DNA of 64,000 nucleotides from an uncultured cyanobacterium (GTDB lineage: Bacteria; Cyanobacteriota; Cyanobacteriia; Pseudanabaenales; Pseudanabaenaceae). The stretch spans positions 1,344,001 through 1,408,000 of the forward strand of contig OY969811.1 of NCBI GenBank assembly GCA_963703315.1, written 5' to 3'. Shown here piece by piece: positions 10,270 to 19,604 of the stretch (positions within the stretch are counted from its first letter, which is position 1; each line of letters opens with the position of its first letter). The notes beneath the pieces were generated by a model. It did no database searches and had not been told where the DNA came from. It saw only the letters and a program-made list of their open reading frames with translations. The translations under genes were made by a program, and so were the position numbers.

Positions 10270-10447
10270 AAATAAATAAATTTGCGCTATTTAAAAACAC
10301 AACTTAATTAGGTAATTGTTCAACTCACAAATCTACAGCCGTTAATTTAAAAAATACATTTTTAGATTAAGAGAAACTATCTTGGGGTGATAGAAAATCT
10401 GTAAAGAGTTATTTTGTTTTCCAGAAAAATCCACTTAAGGAGTATTT

Positions 10448-11005
10448 ATGGCTCTCGATCCTCAGGTCTTCATGACCACCATGGAAACACGGATATCTTT
10501 CACCGCCGCAGATAAAGCTTTGCTAAAAGCCAATGCAGCGTGGGGGAATTCGATCGCTAGGCAAATGGCAGAAGTGTTTTACGCCTACCTTGCGCGTGAT
10601 CCAGAAATGAACGCTATTTTAACTGCCAAAGAAGGAAGAATGCACCGTTTAAATGAAACTTTCGTCGAATGGTTTGGCGAAATGTTTACGGGTATGGATG
10701 ACTGGGGGAGCGCTTATGCCGCACGTCGTTGGCGTATTGGCTTAGTCCATGTCCAGATTGGTATTGGACCACAGCACGTCGTTCCAGCAATGGCAACTGT
10801 CGTCAATGAAGTGGGGAAACAACTCAAGTCAGCAGGACTGGCTGAAGATCTAAGAGATGCTTTAGGACGCATTTGTATGATTGATCTTGCATTTATTGAG
10901 CAAGCCTATGTCGAGGTCTCTTCTCAAGCGGTTTTACGCGAGACGGGATGGACTGAGGCACTATTCAAACGCATGATTTCTACAGGTGCGGCAAGCATGA
11001 AATAG
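10448..11005 (+). CDS. Protoglobin / globin-coupled-sensor-type single-domain globin
   Basis: FT.AD..LL, EVFYAYL (B10 Tyr), RIGLVHVQIGI (proximal His F8), DLAFIEQAY; RBS AAGGAG upstream. Confidence 0.88.
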   Translation: MALDPQVFMTTMETRISFTAADKALLKANAAWGNSIARQMAEVFYAYLARDPEMNAILTAKEGRMHRLNETFVEWFGEMFTGMDDWGSAYAARRWRIGLVHVQIGIGPQHVVPAMATVVNEVGKQLKSAGLAEDLRDALGRICMIDLAFIEQAYVEVSSQAVLRETGWTEALFKRMISTGAASMK

Positions 11006-11041
11006 AAAAAGATTAATTCTTGAAAATTTTGGAGGCTATAT

Positions 11042-11500
11042 ATGCGTGCAGAACTTGGCGAATTTAGCAGTATTGTTTGTTTCAAAGCCATAGTTACTGG
11101 GGCTGAAGAGGCACTGGGTGAAAAGGCGGCAATGATCACGCTGATCGCCGCAGGTCGCGCTCGTGGTAAACAACTTGCAGAACAGCTTGGATTAAAAGGT
11201 GTGGGTACTGACCATGAACACCTAGTTCCCCTGCTCCAAAAGGCATTGGGTAAAGATGGAACGAGACTTTGCATTGTAGACAAAATTGAACAAGACGGTG
11301 CATTAGTGAGAGTTTACTGTCGAGAAACAATTTGTTCGGCTGGTGAACCTGAAGGTTCTCCTCGCAAACTGACCTTCACCCTAGGCGCAATCCAAGGAGT
11401 GATCGAACAAGTTACAGGGGAACGTTTACGGGGTAAGCAAACGGAGTCCGTTTTGCGTGGTGGTTCCCATGATGTCATTGAGTTTGAAGTTATTGGATAA
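11042..11500 (+). CDS. V4R-like small-ligand-binding protein
   Basis: AG.ARG..LA, ETICSAGE, FTLGAIQG.IE and QTESV.RG..HD.IEF fit the V4R/H-NOX-like fold; RBS GGAGG. Confidence 0.72.
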   Translation: MRAELGEFSSIVCFKAIVTGAEEALGEKAAMITLIAAGRARGKQLAEQLGLKGVGTDHEHLVPLLQKALGKDGTRLCIVDKIEQDGALVRVYCRETICSAGEPEGSPRKLTFTLGAIQGVIEQVTGERLRGKQTESVLRGGSHDVIEFEVIG

Positions 11501-11571
11501 TTAATTTCCTCTTCCTCAAACTCCACCGTATTTACAGACAATTTACAATAATTCAAAACAAGGAAAAAGAA

Positions 11572-11943
11572 ATGAGCATTAACGTTGCGAAGTTGGAAAG
11601 TATTTTACAAAATTTGGTCACTAGTACTAGTGATGTACAGGGCGCAGCACTTGTGTCTCCCGATGGGCTACCTCTAGCCTCAACTTTGCCAAGTGGCATG
11701 GATGAAGAACGTGTATCAGCAATGTCGGCAGCAATGCTCTCATTAGGTGAACGCATTGGTAATGAGCTAGCTAGAGGTGGCATCGATCGCCTGTATGTAG
11801 AAGGTGATAAGGGCTATGGCATCCTGACTAGTTGCGGGGAAGAGGCTGTTTTACTAGTTTTGGCAAGCAAGGCAGCAAAACAAGGTTTATTGATGTTAGA
11901 AATTAAGCGTGTCACAAGCGAACTTAAAGCAGCACTTGCCTAA
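11572..11943 (+). CDS. Roadblock/LC7 (MglB-like GAP) protein
   Basis: VQGAALVSPDGLPLAS, ERVSAMSAAMLSLGERI, VEGDKGY, GLL.LE. Confidence 0.92.
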   Translation: MSINVAKLESILQNLVTSTSDVQGAALVSPDGLPLASTLPSGMDEERVSAMSAAMLSLGERIGNELARGGIDRLYVEGDKGYGILTSCGEEAVLLVLASKAAKQGLLMLEIKRVTSELKAALA

Positions 11944-12055
11944 GTTGTTTGAGTATTCATCCCCAGTCACGGTTTTAAGTTTGCTTACGGCAAAATCAAA
12001 ACCGTGACAACAGTTCAGATTTTAGGGTGACAAAGGGAAGGGACAAAAGAGATTT

Positions 12056-12598
12056 ATGGAAATCATGAGGTTGGTTGTGGCTGGTACTGTTGGTGCGGGG
12101 AAATCAACTTTCATTCGGACTGTGAGCGAAATTGATGTTGTCGATACCGATCGCCGTGCTACAGACGAAACAGCAGAAATAAAACACAAAACTACGGTAG
12201 CAATGGACTTTGGTAGATTAACCTTTGGTCCAGATATGGCTTTACACATTTATGGAACCCCCGGACAGCAGCGTTTTGACTTTATGTGGGATATTTTGAT
12301 CCGTAAAGCCCATGCATTTATTTTATTAGTAGCGGCACATCGTCCCCATGAGTTTCGTTATGCCCGTCGCATTCTCAGTTATATGAATCGGCGCGTCCAA
12401 ATTCCTTACATCATTGGGATTACGCACATGGATTGCGAAGGTGCTTGGTCAAGTGAGAATATTAAACTAGCACTAGGATTTGTCGAACAAAAGGATCAAC
12501 CACCCGTAGTGGTTTTAAATGCAGAAGAACGAGATACTGTCATTCAGGCGATTGTGGCTCTAGTGCAGTACTATATTGCAAATCAATCCGTTGCGTGA
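12056..12598 (+). CDS. MglA-like (conservon CvnD-type) small Ras-like GTPase
   Basis: G1 GTVGAGKST, switch I TTVAMDFG, G3 YGTPGQQRF, G4 variant THMD. Confidence 0.92.
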   Translation: MEIMRLVVAGTVGAGKSTFIRTVSEIDVVDTDRRATDETAEIKHKTTVAMDFGRLTFGPDMALHIYGTPGQQRFDFMWDILIRKAHAFILLVAAHRPHEFRYARRILSYMNRRVQIPYIIGITHMDCEGAWSSENIKLALGFVEQKDQPPVVVLNAEERDTVIQAIVALVQYYIANQSVA

Positions 12599-12695
12599 TT
12601 GTGAGCATCGATCATTATTGTTTTTAATTGATCTTGTTAGGAATTACAGCTATTCTCAGCTATAGATTTGGGCATTAACTCTCTGGTTTACAGTT

Positions 12696-13565
12696 ATGGC
12701 AATTACAGGCTCTTTATCCGAGTTCTCTCTCCCAGAGATATTCCAGTTTTTAGATCAGGGACAAAAAACTGGAATATTAACGATTAGAGATCCTCAAGAC
12801 TTGCGGACAGGCAAGCCATTTTTACGTCATATCTGGTTGCATAGTGGACGGGTAGTAGCTGCGGGCGATCGCCTCGACAATCGGGGTTTAACGAGATTGA
12901 TCGAACAAAGGGGCTGGATTACAGAAGCAAATCGTTCTCAAGTAGAGCAGTTAATTCAAGAAAATATCCCTTTGGGGCTAAATCTCAAAGCATTGGGAAT
13001 ATTACAACCCGATCAACTGAAATTATTATTTAGCGTACAGGTGCTAAGACAGGTCTGTTCTCTGTTTCAAGTTGAGACAGGACAATTTCGCTTTGATGCC
13101 AAAAGTGATTTACCCAAAGCGGAAATGACAGGGTTGAGTTTGCCTGCAACAGAAACAACGTTAATGGGGTTACGCAGTCTCAAGGATTGGACAGTTTTAC
13201 AAAGTAAGTTGCCTGACACCAGTTCGACATTATTTAGGCTTGGTAGTGATGAGCCACATTTACGTTTAGATGCCAGTGAGACGCAAGTACGTGGACTTGC
13301 TGATGGTTCCCTAAACCTTAAAAAAATAGCGGAGAAATTACAAGTTCCTTTACCTAAACTTCAGCAAATTGCATTTCGCTTGATTGTCGTTGGGCTAGTA
13401 GAAGAAGTACCTGATATTGATGTGGGTATGGCAATAAATAATGATAATAACTCCCAAGAAATTGAGGGGGATACTAGTGGGGCAGTGATGAGTTCTTCGG
13501 CGAGAACTGAGATTAGTAATTCATTTTTACAAAGCCTCGTAGGTTTTTTACAACACAAAGTGTAG
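12696..13565 (+). CDS. DUF4388/PATAN-domain protein with C-terminal winged-helix-like region
   Basis: MAITGSLSEFSLPEIFQFL..GQKTG.L, G.F.F, ADG..NL..IA..L..P..LQQIAFRLIVVGLVEE. Confidence 0.85.
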   Translation: MAITGSLSEFSLPEIFQFLDQGQKTGILTIRDPQDLRTGKPFLRHIWLHSGRVVAAGDRLDNRGLTRLIEQRGWITEANRSQVEQLIQENIPLGLNLKALGILQPDQLKLLFSVQVLRQVCSLFQVETGQFRFDAKSDLPKAEMTGLSLPATETTLMGLRSLKDWTVLQSKLPDTSSTLFRLGSDEPHLRLDASETQVRGLADGSLNLKKIAEKLQVPLPKLQQIAFRLIVVGLVEEVPDIDVGMAINNDNNSQEIEGDTSGAVMSSSARTEISNSFLQSLVGFLQHKV

Positions 13566-13610
13566 TTATAGAGTGGCGGCGCGAAGCGCTGCCACTCTAT
13601 TTTCAGCATA

Positions 13611-13713
13611 ATACCAAAACTAAAAATGGCATAGCCATTTTTAGTTTTGAAAACCCTTACGGAGTTTGGGTTTTAATTCACGAAAGTGTGACAACACTTT
13701 CGTGAATTGGGAT
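13611..13713. mobile_element. Second copy of the two-hairpin element (inverted relative to 3163-3266)
   Basis: Reverse-complement similarity to 3163-3266. Confidence 0.65.
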
Positions 13714-13769
13714 AACGGGAATGACGACAGGTATATTTTTGTAGTAGGTTTACATTTGTAAAACAGTTT

Positions 13770-14477
13770 TTGGGTACGACATTGTCACTTCAAGGCAAAA
13801 GTATTGCGATAACAGGTGCTTCAGGCACGATGGGTAGAGCGTTAGTAGCTGAGCTTAGCAACCGAGGGGCGCAGATCATTGCTCTAACGACCTCGCCTAA
13901 TGCAACCTTTGATATTAACAACCAAAAAGTGGAAGTCCTAACATGGCAAATCGGTCATGAAGCAGACCTACGCGATCGCTTACACAAAGTTGATATTCTC
14001 ATTCTCAATCATGGCATTAATGTATTAGGCGCAAGGGATTCGGCATCTATTTATCAATCCTATGAAGTGAATACTTTTTCGGTTTTCCGTTGGATTGATT
14101 TATTTCTGGAAATAGTCGCGCAATCTCAAGATAAAGCCAAGAAAGAAATTTGGGTAAATACTTCCGAAGCCGAAGTTAATGCGGCGCTGAGTCCATTGTA
14201 TGAGCTATCCAAACGGGCGATCGGGGATTTGGTGACATTGCGCCGCCTTGATGGTGCTTGCACAATTCGCAAATTGATTTTGGGACCTTTTAAAAGCGAT
14301 CTCAATCCCTATGGTGTGATGTCTGGAAAGTTTGTGGCTTGGGCGATCGCTACTTTAGCCCAATTGGGTTTTCGCGATATTATTGTTACCATTAATCCAA
14401 TTACCTTCATTGCCTATCCTGTTAAAGAATTTTGGCGATCGCTTTATTTTCGCGTATTTTCTCGCCCTCAACCATAG
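13770..14477 (+). CDS. Short-chain dehydrogenase; C-terminal half of the cyanobacterial sterol-desaturase/SDR family, possibly 5'-truncated
   Basis: TGASGTMG, LNHGINV, WVNTSEAE, YELSK, LGPFKS.LNP. TTG start; in-frame upstream residues resemble the desaturase-SDR junction. Confidence 0.75.
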   Translation: MGTTLSLQGKSIAITGASGTMGRALVAELSNRGAQIIALTTSPNATFDINNQKVEVLTWQIGHEADLRDRLHKVDILILNHGINVLGARDSASIYQSYEVNTFSVFRWIDLFLEIVAQSQDKAKKEIWVNTSEAEVNAALSPLYELSKRAIGDLVTLRRLDGACTIRKLILGPFKSDLNPYGVMSGKFVAWAIATLAQLGFRDIIVTINPITFIAYPVKEFWRSLYFRVFSRPQP

Positions 14478-14484
14478 AACCGAT

Positions 14485-15360
14485 ATGAATCCCGCATTAC
14501 AAACAGAAATTTATCAGTTTATTCGTGAGATTGGTCAAAAGGCGATTCATCTGAGAAAGGCAGGTTTTCAAGTTGATGAAAAAGGCTTTGATGATTATGT
14601 AACCAATGTTGATCGCGAACTTGATCTTTTACTGAGTCAACAGTTTCAAGCGTGGTTTCCCAATGATGTGGTGATTAGTGAGGAAAATCCGCGATCGCAG
14701 GAATTATGGAAGCAATATTCAGAACTTAAGCAAAAGTACTGGTTTATCGATCCGATTGATGGTACTGATGACTTCATTCATGGTCGTGAGTTCTATTCCG
14801 TGATGGTGGGCATCTTAGAAGCATTTCAACCTGTATGTGGTTGGATCTATGCACCAAAGAGCGATCGCCTTTATTTTGGCGGTACTGCCATTAATGGTCT
14901 ATTCACGGTTACTAATGGCAATGTCCCTGAAGTTCTACATCCTGTACCACCAATTGGGACTAGCCGCGATCGCGTGATTGTCAGTAAAAAAGATGACATC
15001 GCTTATGGGGATGCTATTCGCGCCGCCGTTCCCAATGTCGAGTTTTATAGTCTTGGTAGTTTTGGCTTAAAGGTAATGGAAGTAGTTCAAGGTCGAGCTA
15101 GTGCCTATATCTATCTCAATCGCCGCGTTAAGCTCTGGGATACCGTTGGTCCTTTAGCGATCGCTAAAGCGGCAGGGTTAGTATGTTGTGATCTCACAGG
15201 TCGAGAAATTGGCTTTGGTTTTGATGATATTGATCCTGAGAAGTTAACTCATAATCAAGTAGTCGTGATTGGTTGGTCAGAGTTTATTGATGGATATCTG
15301 GAGGCGATCGCCCAAGAACTTACCGCAGTTTCCGATCAAAAGAACCAAGAAAAATTTTAA
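14485..15360 (+). CDS. CysQ/inositol monophosphatase family phosphatase
   Basis: VT.VD, SEE, WFIDPIDGT and WDTVGP motifs; ATG at 14485. Confidence 0.88.
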   Translation: MNPALQTEIYQFIREIGQKAIHLRKAGFQVDEKGFDDYVTNVDRELDLLLSQQFQAWFPNDVVISEENPRSQELWKQYSELKQKYWFIDPIDGTDDFIHGREFYSVMVGILEAFQPVCGWIYAPKSDRLYFGGTAINGLFTVTNGNVPEVLHPVPPIGTSRDRVIVSKKDDIAYGDAIRAAVPNVEFYSLGSFGLKVMEVVQGRASAYIYLNRRVKLWDTVGPLAIAKAAGLVCCDLTGREIGFGFDDIDPEKLTHNQVVVIGWSEFIDGYLEAIAQELTAVSDQKNQEKF

Positions 15361-15399
15361 AAGCGTTGCGAAGCAACGCTTTTAAAATTTTTCTTGGTT
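15343..15399. repeat. Perfect 27-bp-arm hairpin with GAA loop overlapping the 3' end of the CysQ-like gene
   Basis: AACCAAGAAAAATTTTAAAAGCGTTGC-GAA-GCAACGCTTTTAAAATTTTTCTTGGTT. Confidence 0.75.
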
Positions 15400-15740
15400 T
15401 GGGTTTGAGCGCAAAGCGCTGTAGCAATTTCGAGATATAGCCATAAATAGCCATAAAGAGAATAACGGCGCTTTGCGCCGTTATTCTCTTTATAAAGATG
15501 AGATCGGCTATTTAGCTGATGCAAAAATCATGCTTCTTTGAGAAGCTACAAATAGCAACATAGATGTTTCGTTAAGCCCATTTGTAGCGAGATTTGAACT
15601 TACAAGTTTAAGTCTCGCTATTTTTGTTGATATTTCTATCAATGTATCTATTCAATGCAATAGATGTTTATTTGTGGTTATTTATTGCAAGTAAGTATAA
15701 TAGCATAAACTAAAAGACCTAGTCAGAAATTTTTGCTTTT

Positions 15741-16331
15741 ATGGATGTAACCCTTATTCGTCAACTTGTATGGCTAGACTATCGATTAGCTCTGCTATTT
15801 CTAGTATTTATCCCTTTTGTACTTTTAGTTTGGGCTTTTCGGACTAAGAGTGAAGCAATTAAGCGATCGCTGATTCTCTATTGGCGCGTAGCCAGTCTGA
15901 TGTTGATTACTATTTATTTGGCGATCGGTAGCTTAGGCATATCTTTTATATCGGGCATTATTGCCGAGATTTTAATTGTGTTAGCACTTTGGTTCTGGCA
16001 AGACTTAAACGAAGATATTGAGGCTTCTCGTACCAGCCTACAGCCTATTTACTTGGGATGGCGTTGGGCGGTGAGTGTGTATTCTGTTTTGAGTATTGGC
16101 TTCCGATTGTTATTTGCTAATGGCGCATTTATTAAGACTGAACAGCTTAGCGATATTTATAAAATTTGGTTTGAGCCACCTTTAAGTTTTAGTCATATAT
16201 TTCATAATGGTGTACCTGTTGAGAACTTAGCCTTTGCAGGTGCGGTCGGGGGAATTGTTTATACTTTGTACCTTTTTTCCTTTCTTGCCTTTAGTTTACC
16301 TAAAACTGGCAGAATCGCCTTTCGCGACTAA
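15741..16331 (+). CDS. DUF3177-family membrane protein
   Basis: LVWLDYRLA, YWRVASL..IT.YL and LWFW.DLNE.I motifs. Confidence 0.8.
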   Translation: MDVTLIRQLVWLDYRLALLFLVFIPFVLLVWAFRTKSEAIKRSLILYWRVASLMLITIYLAIGSLGISFISGIIAEILIVLALWFWQDLNEDIEASRTSLQPIYLGWRWAVSVYSVLSIGFRLLFANGAFIKTEQLSDIYKIWFEPPLSFSHIFHNGVPVENLAFAGAVGGIVYTLYLFSFLAFSLPKTGRIAFRD

Positions 16332-16385
16332 TTTTATAGCCTTGCAAAACCCAAAAAGCCTCGCAAAGCGAGGCTTTTTGGGTTT

Positions 16386-17327
16386 TTAATCAGAAGTGCG
16401 ATAGTGATTGGAATAACGCACTCTAGCTCCTGTCCATAACAGCTTTTGTCGCAATGCTTGATAGTAAGAATATTCTTCTCGTAAAACTATGAATTGTGCT
16501 TGATGCTCTGACATACGGATATCCACTCTCTGCCCCGGAAAAATTGAGGTGGCAATCACACCATCTGTCCATAACTTTAAACTGAAGTCATCAGTAGCAA
16601 GCGGCCAAATGCTCACCGTTAACTTGGGTGGAATCACGATCGCCCGACTCGATAAGCTCAAAGGACAAATTGGGGTAATGGCGATCGCGTGCATTCCCGA
16701 ATGCACAATTGGTCCATTCGCTGCCACCGTATAGGATGTAGAGCCAGTGGGTGTCGCGACAATCAACCCATCACCATGATATTGATCGACCACTTCGCCA
16801 TCAATTTCTAACTCTAAGGATGCGGTCACCATGCGATCGGGGGATGCAGGTTTGACACACATTTCATTGAGACATAAAAAGGGACCCGATGGTTGTCCTA
16901 AGCGACTACCTAGCCCCTCATCAACATTGATCACTTTTGACTCCAACATCATCCGTCGCTCGATCGCAAAGCGATCGGATAACAAGCGCTCCCAAATTTC
17001 GACAGTATTGCCACATTCCTCGATCGAATGAGTCAAGAATCCTAAATGTCCACCCACATTAATCGCTAAAATCGGGACTCCCAGCTTTGCTAAATATCTA
17101 GCTGCCCCCAAGGTTGCCCCATCACCACCTAGTACTACCGCTAAATCAATTTCTTGATGCATAGATTCTAGAAAAACAGGATATGGGTTATCATTTGCGC
17201 CCGTTGGTCCAATTAATACCTTGACTCCCATTGCTTCTAGTTCACAGCTACATCGCTCTGCCCAGACCTTACCAATTTGACTACCCGACTTATAGGCAAT
17301 TATTGCTTTACTAATCTTCACGGACAC
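16386..17327 (-). CDS. nadK: NAD(+) kinase
   Basis: GGDG, GHLGFL, LNE and GDGLIVATPTGSTSY motifs. Confidence 0.93.
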   Translation of the reverse strand: MSVKISKAIIAYKSGSQIGKVWAERCSCELEAMGVKVLIGPTGANDNPYPVFLESMHQEIDLAVVLGGDGATLGAARYLAKLGVPILAINVGGHLGFLTHSIEECGNTVEIWERLLSDRFAIERRMMLESKVINVDEGLGSRLGQPSGPFLCLNEMCVKPASPDRMVTASLELEIDGEVVDQYHGDGLIVATPTGSTSYTVAANGPIVHSGMHAIAITPICPLSLSSRAIVIPPKLTVSIWPLATDDFSLKLWTDGVIATSIFPGQRVDIRMSEHQAQFIVLREEYSYYQALRQKLLWTGARVRYSNHYRTSD

Positions 17328-17621
17328 CTCTCAAACTGGAGTTGTTAGTTAGCGAGATAGGTAGTTTAAAGCTCTACCTATGGGGATATGTTATGAGAGA
17401 ACGTCGCAAAGCAGCGCAATGCGCTCTTAAGATTAAACCGAAAGCGAGTGGCGGCACTTTGCGCCGCCACTCGCTTTCGGTTTTGAAGATGTCGGAATTT
17501 GTCTGCCTAGAGTCAGAATTGTCATGAAGTTTTCTCAATTAATGAAAATTAATGATACAAAAAACAAATTTTTGAGATAAGATTTGACACTAGGTAAAAT
17601 TCTCGGTGTGAAGGGTAAGTC

Positions 17622-18707
17622 ATGAGTCAGGCAGGATTTGGCGATTCATCATCACAAAAGAGCACTAATCCATCGATCCCAGAACCGCAATCTCAGTTTC
17701 AGAGTGTATCTGCAAACGTAGTTGGAGAGATGACGACTCCACTTAATGCTTTGCCCAGACAAGTCTTAGAGCAAGAGCTACAGTTTTGCAATGAGCGTAG
17801 TCAGCAAGCTCAGGTTTTATTGCAGCAAGCTCAGGAGCAATTGCAACTATCGCAGCTAGTCATCCAACGTCAGGAAACTTTGACTCAAACCCTGCAATCG
17901 CGGATTGATCAACTAGAGCGTGAGTTGCAAGATGTCCATGCTAATAGTGATGAGTTGCGCGATCGCCTCAAGCGTCAACAGCATCACACCTCACAGCTAA
18001 AGGCTGCCCTCGAACGTTGTCTTGATACCTCCACCCCTGCCCCACAGGATATGGCGCTGTCAGCATTAGAGTCTTGGTCGATCGCCAAACTTGCCGATGA
18101 AAAGATTACACCAGTCGAGGCAAATACAGACTCAATATTACAGAATGTTGTCAAAATCGTTCCTGCACCTCAGCCTATTGATTCTATAGATAATTCTGAA
18201 CCAGAGCCTTTGGTGATTGAGTCACATCAGCCTAAACCCATTGTGGAGATTGAGGAACCACCACATCTGTCGATGCCTACTAAAAATCAACCAATCTCAC
18301 CTCTGATTGTTAGACCTCACAAAGCATTTCAAGGTTCACCGATCGCCCCTAATTTACCGACCTTACAAAGTGTGAACTCCTTTGCCGAAGATAAAGTTAA
18401 TTGGCGAGCTGAAGTCCAGACTAAGCCTATAGCGATCGCCGAGAGTGCAGAAAATCTTGCAGCTTCTAGCAATGTCAAAGATCCGTTACTGTCTTCAGCT
18501 TCAGCCGTGACTAACTCAACCATGGTTGCTACTGTTGCTACGCCTAAGTTTATGCAAGCTTTGTATGGTAGTAACAATGGCAATAATAGCGATACAGACA
18601 AAGAAACAGACCAAGCTAATCAGTTAGCGATCGCTAGTTCTCGCAAAGCGGTTACCTCTCTGGCTGCTGTCCAACTTCCGCAGTTTCCACCGTTACCGCG
18701 CCGATGA
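17622..18707 (+). CDS. Cyanobacterial coiled-coil hypothetical protein, translationally coupled to ruvA
   Basis: Long Q/E-rich coiled coil ending RQQHHTSQLKAALERCL, disordered tail, terminal VQLPQF; ATGA overlap with ruvA. Confidence 0.65.
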   Translation: MSQAGFGDSSSQKSTNPSIPEPQSQFQSVSANVVGEMTTPLNALPRQVLEQELQFCNERSQQAQVLLQQAQEQLQLSQLVIQRQETLTQTLQSRIDQLERELQDVHANSDELRDRLKRQQHHTSQLKAALERCLDTSTPAPQDMALSALESWSIAKLADEKITPVEANTDSILQNVVKIVPAPQPIDSIDNSEPEPLVIESHQPKPIVEIEEPPHLSMPTKNQPISPLIVRPHKAFQGSPIAPNLPTLQSVNSFAEDKVNWRAEVQTKPIAIAESAENLAASSNVKDPLLSSASAVTNSTMVATVATPKFMQALYGSNNGNNSDTDKETDQANQLAIASSRKAVTSLAAVQLPQFPPLPRR

Positions 18708-19345
18708 TTGGTTATCTCCGTGGTGCGATCGCCGATTGCAAAGCCGCCGACAGTTCTCGAAAAAATACACCTACCTACTGGCTCACCCTTGATGTACAGG
18801 GTGTTGGCTATGATATTCAAGTTACAGCTAGCACTGCTAGTAAATTACCGCCCATCGGTGAAGAAACGCAAATATTTACGCATTTGATCACTCGTGAAGA
18901 GCAGATGGTTTTGTTTGGATTTGCCACGCTTGCCGAGCGCGAATTGTTTCGCCAATTAATCAGCGTTTCAGGGATTGGTACACAGGTGGGCTTGGCACTG
19001 CTCAATAGCTTAGGTATTCAAGATTTAGTCAAAGCGATCGTGGCAGGAAACACGCGAGTATTAAGCCTTACTCCAGGGGTCGGTACGAAAACGGCGGAAA
19101 GGCTAGCTTTAGAATTAAAAACTAAATTAGCCGATTGGCGCTTAGCTCAGGTTGGCTCAAGCTCGTCTGGTAGCGTGGTGAGTGCGGGAGTACAAGAAGA
19201 GTTAGAAATGACTTTGTTAGCCCTAGGCTATACGCCTGCTGAAATTAGCAATGCCCTCAATGCGATCGCCAGTTTACCGATTCTGGCTAAGACTCAAGAT
19301 GTGGAACTGTGGATTAAAGAGGCGATCGCATGGCTTTCTCGGTAA
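18704..19345 (+). CDS. ruvA: Holliday junction branch migration protein RuvA
   Basis: MIGYLRG, GVGY, LFGF, LISVSGIG, PGVGTKTAERLALEL. Confidence 0.96.
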   Translation: MIGYLRGAIADCKAADSSRKNTPTYWLTLDVQGVGYDIQVTASTASKLPPIGEETQIFTHLITREEQMVLFGFATLAERELFRQLISVSGIGTQVGLALLNSLGIQDLVKAIVAGNTRVLSLTPGVGTKTAERLALELKTKLADWRLAQVGSSSSGSVVSAGVQEELEMTLLALGYTPAEISNALNAIASLPILAKTQDVELWIKEAIAWLSR

Positions 19346-19373
19346 TCGATGAAAACAAAATTTATTTTTTTAC

Positions 19374-19401
19374 TTGCCAAGATTGCACACTATGTTATTA
19401 T
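19374..19401 (+). promoter_or_regulatory. Sigma70-type promoter of tRNA-Arg
   Basis: TTGCCA-N16-TATTAT with extended TG, 16 nt before the tRNA. Confidence 0.55.
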
Positions 19402-19417
19402 TAGATTCGCGAGTTAA

Positions 19418-19491
19418 GGGCTTGTAGCTCAGTGGACTAGAGCACGTGGCTACGGACCACGGTGTCGGGGGTTCGAATCCCTCCTGGCCCG
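19418..19491 (+). tRNA. trnR: tRNA-Arg(ACG)
   Basis: Cloverleaf; anticodon arm CGTGG-CTACGGA-CCACG; GTTCGAATC T-loop; CCA not encoded. Confidence 0.96.
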
Positions 19492-19496
19492 TCTAA

Positions 19497-19528
19497 TAAA
19501 AAAGCAGCACTTAGTGCTGCTTTTTTAT
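19497..19528 (+). terminator. Intrinsic terminator after tRNA-Arg
   Basis: AAAAAAGCAGCAC-TTA-GTGCTGCTTTTTT. Confidence 0.75.
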
Positions 19529-19547
19529 GAAAATTTTTTAGGTAATC

Positions 19548-19604
19548 TAAAGAAGCAATTTTTTGTAACGTGGCGAAGCCACGTTACAAAAAATTGCTTC
19601 TTTA
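19548..19604. repeat. Perfect 27-bp-arm hairpin with GAA loop including the LCP stop codon
   Basis: TAAAGAAGCAATTTTTTGTAACGTGGC-GAA-GCCACGTTACAAAAAATTGCTTCTTTA. Confidence 0.75.

Noticed and set aside
17342..17527. Small ORFs containing GGxxRRHS-like peptides (also 43797-44060 and 58062-58265)
   Set aside because: The shared peptide arises from the GGCGGCGC-NNN-GCGCCGCC hairpin repeat, not from a protein family.
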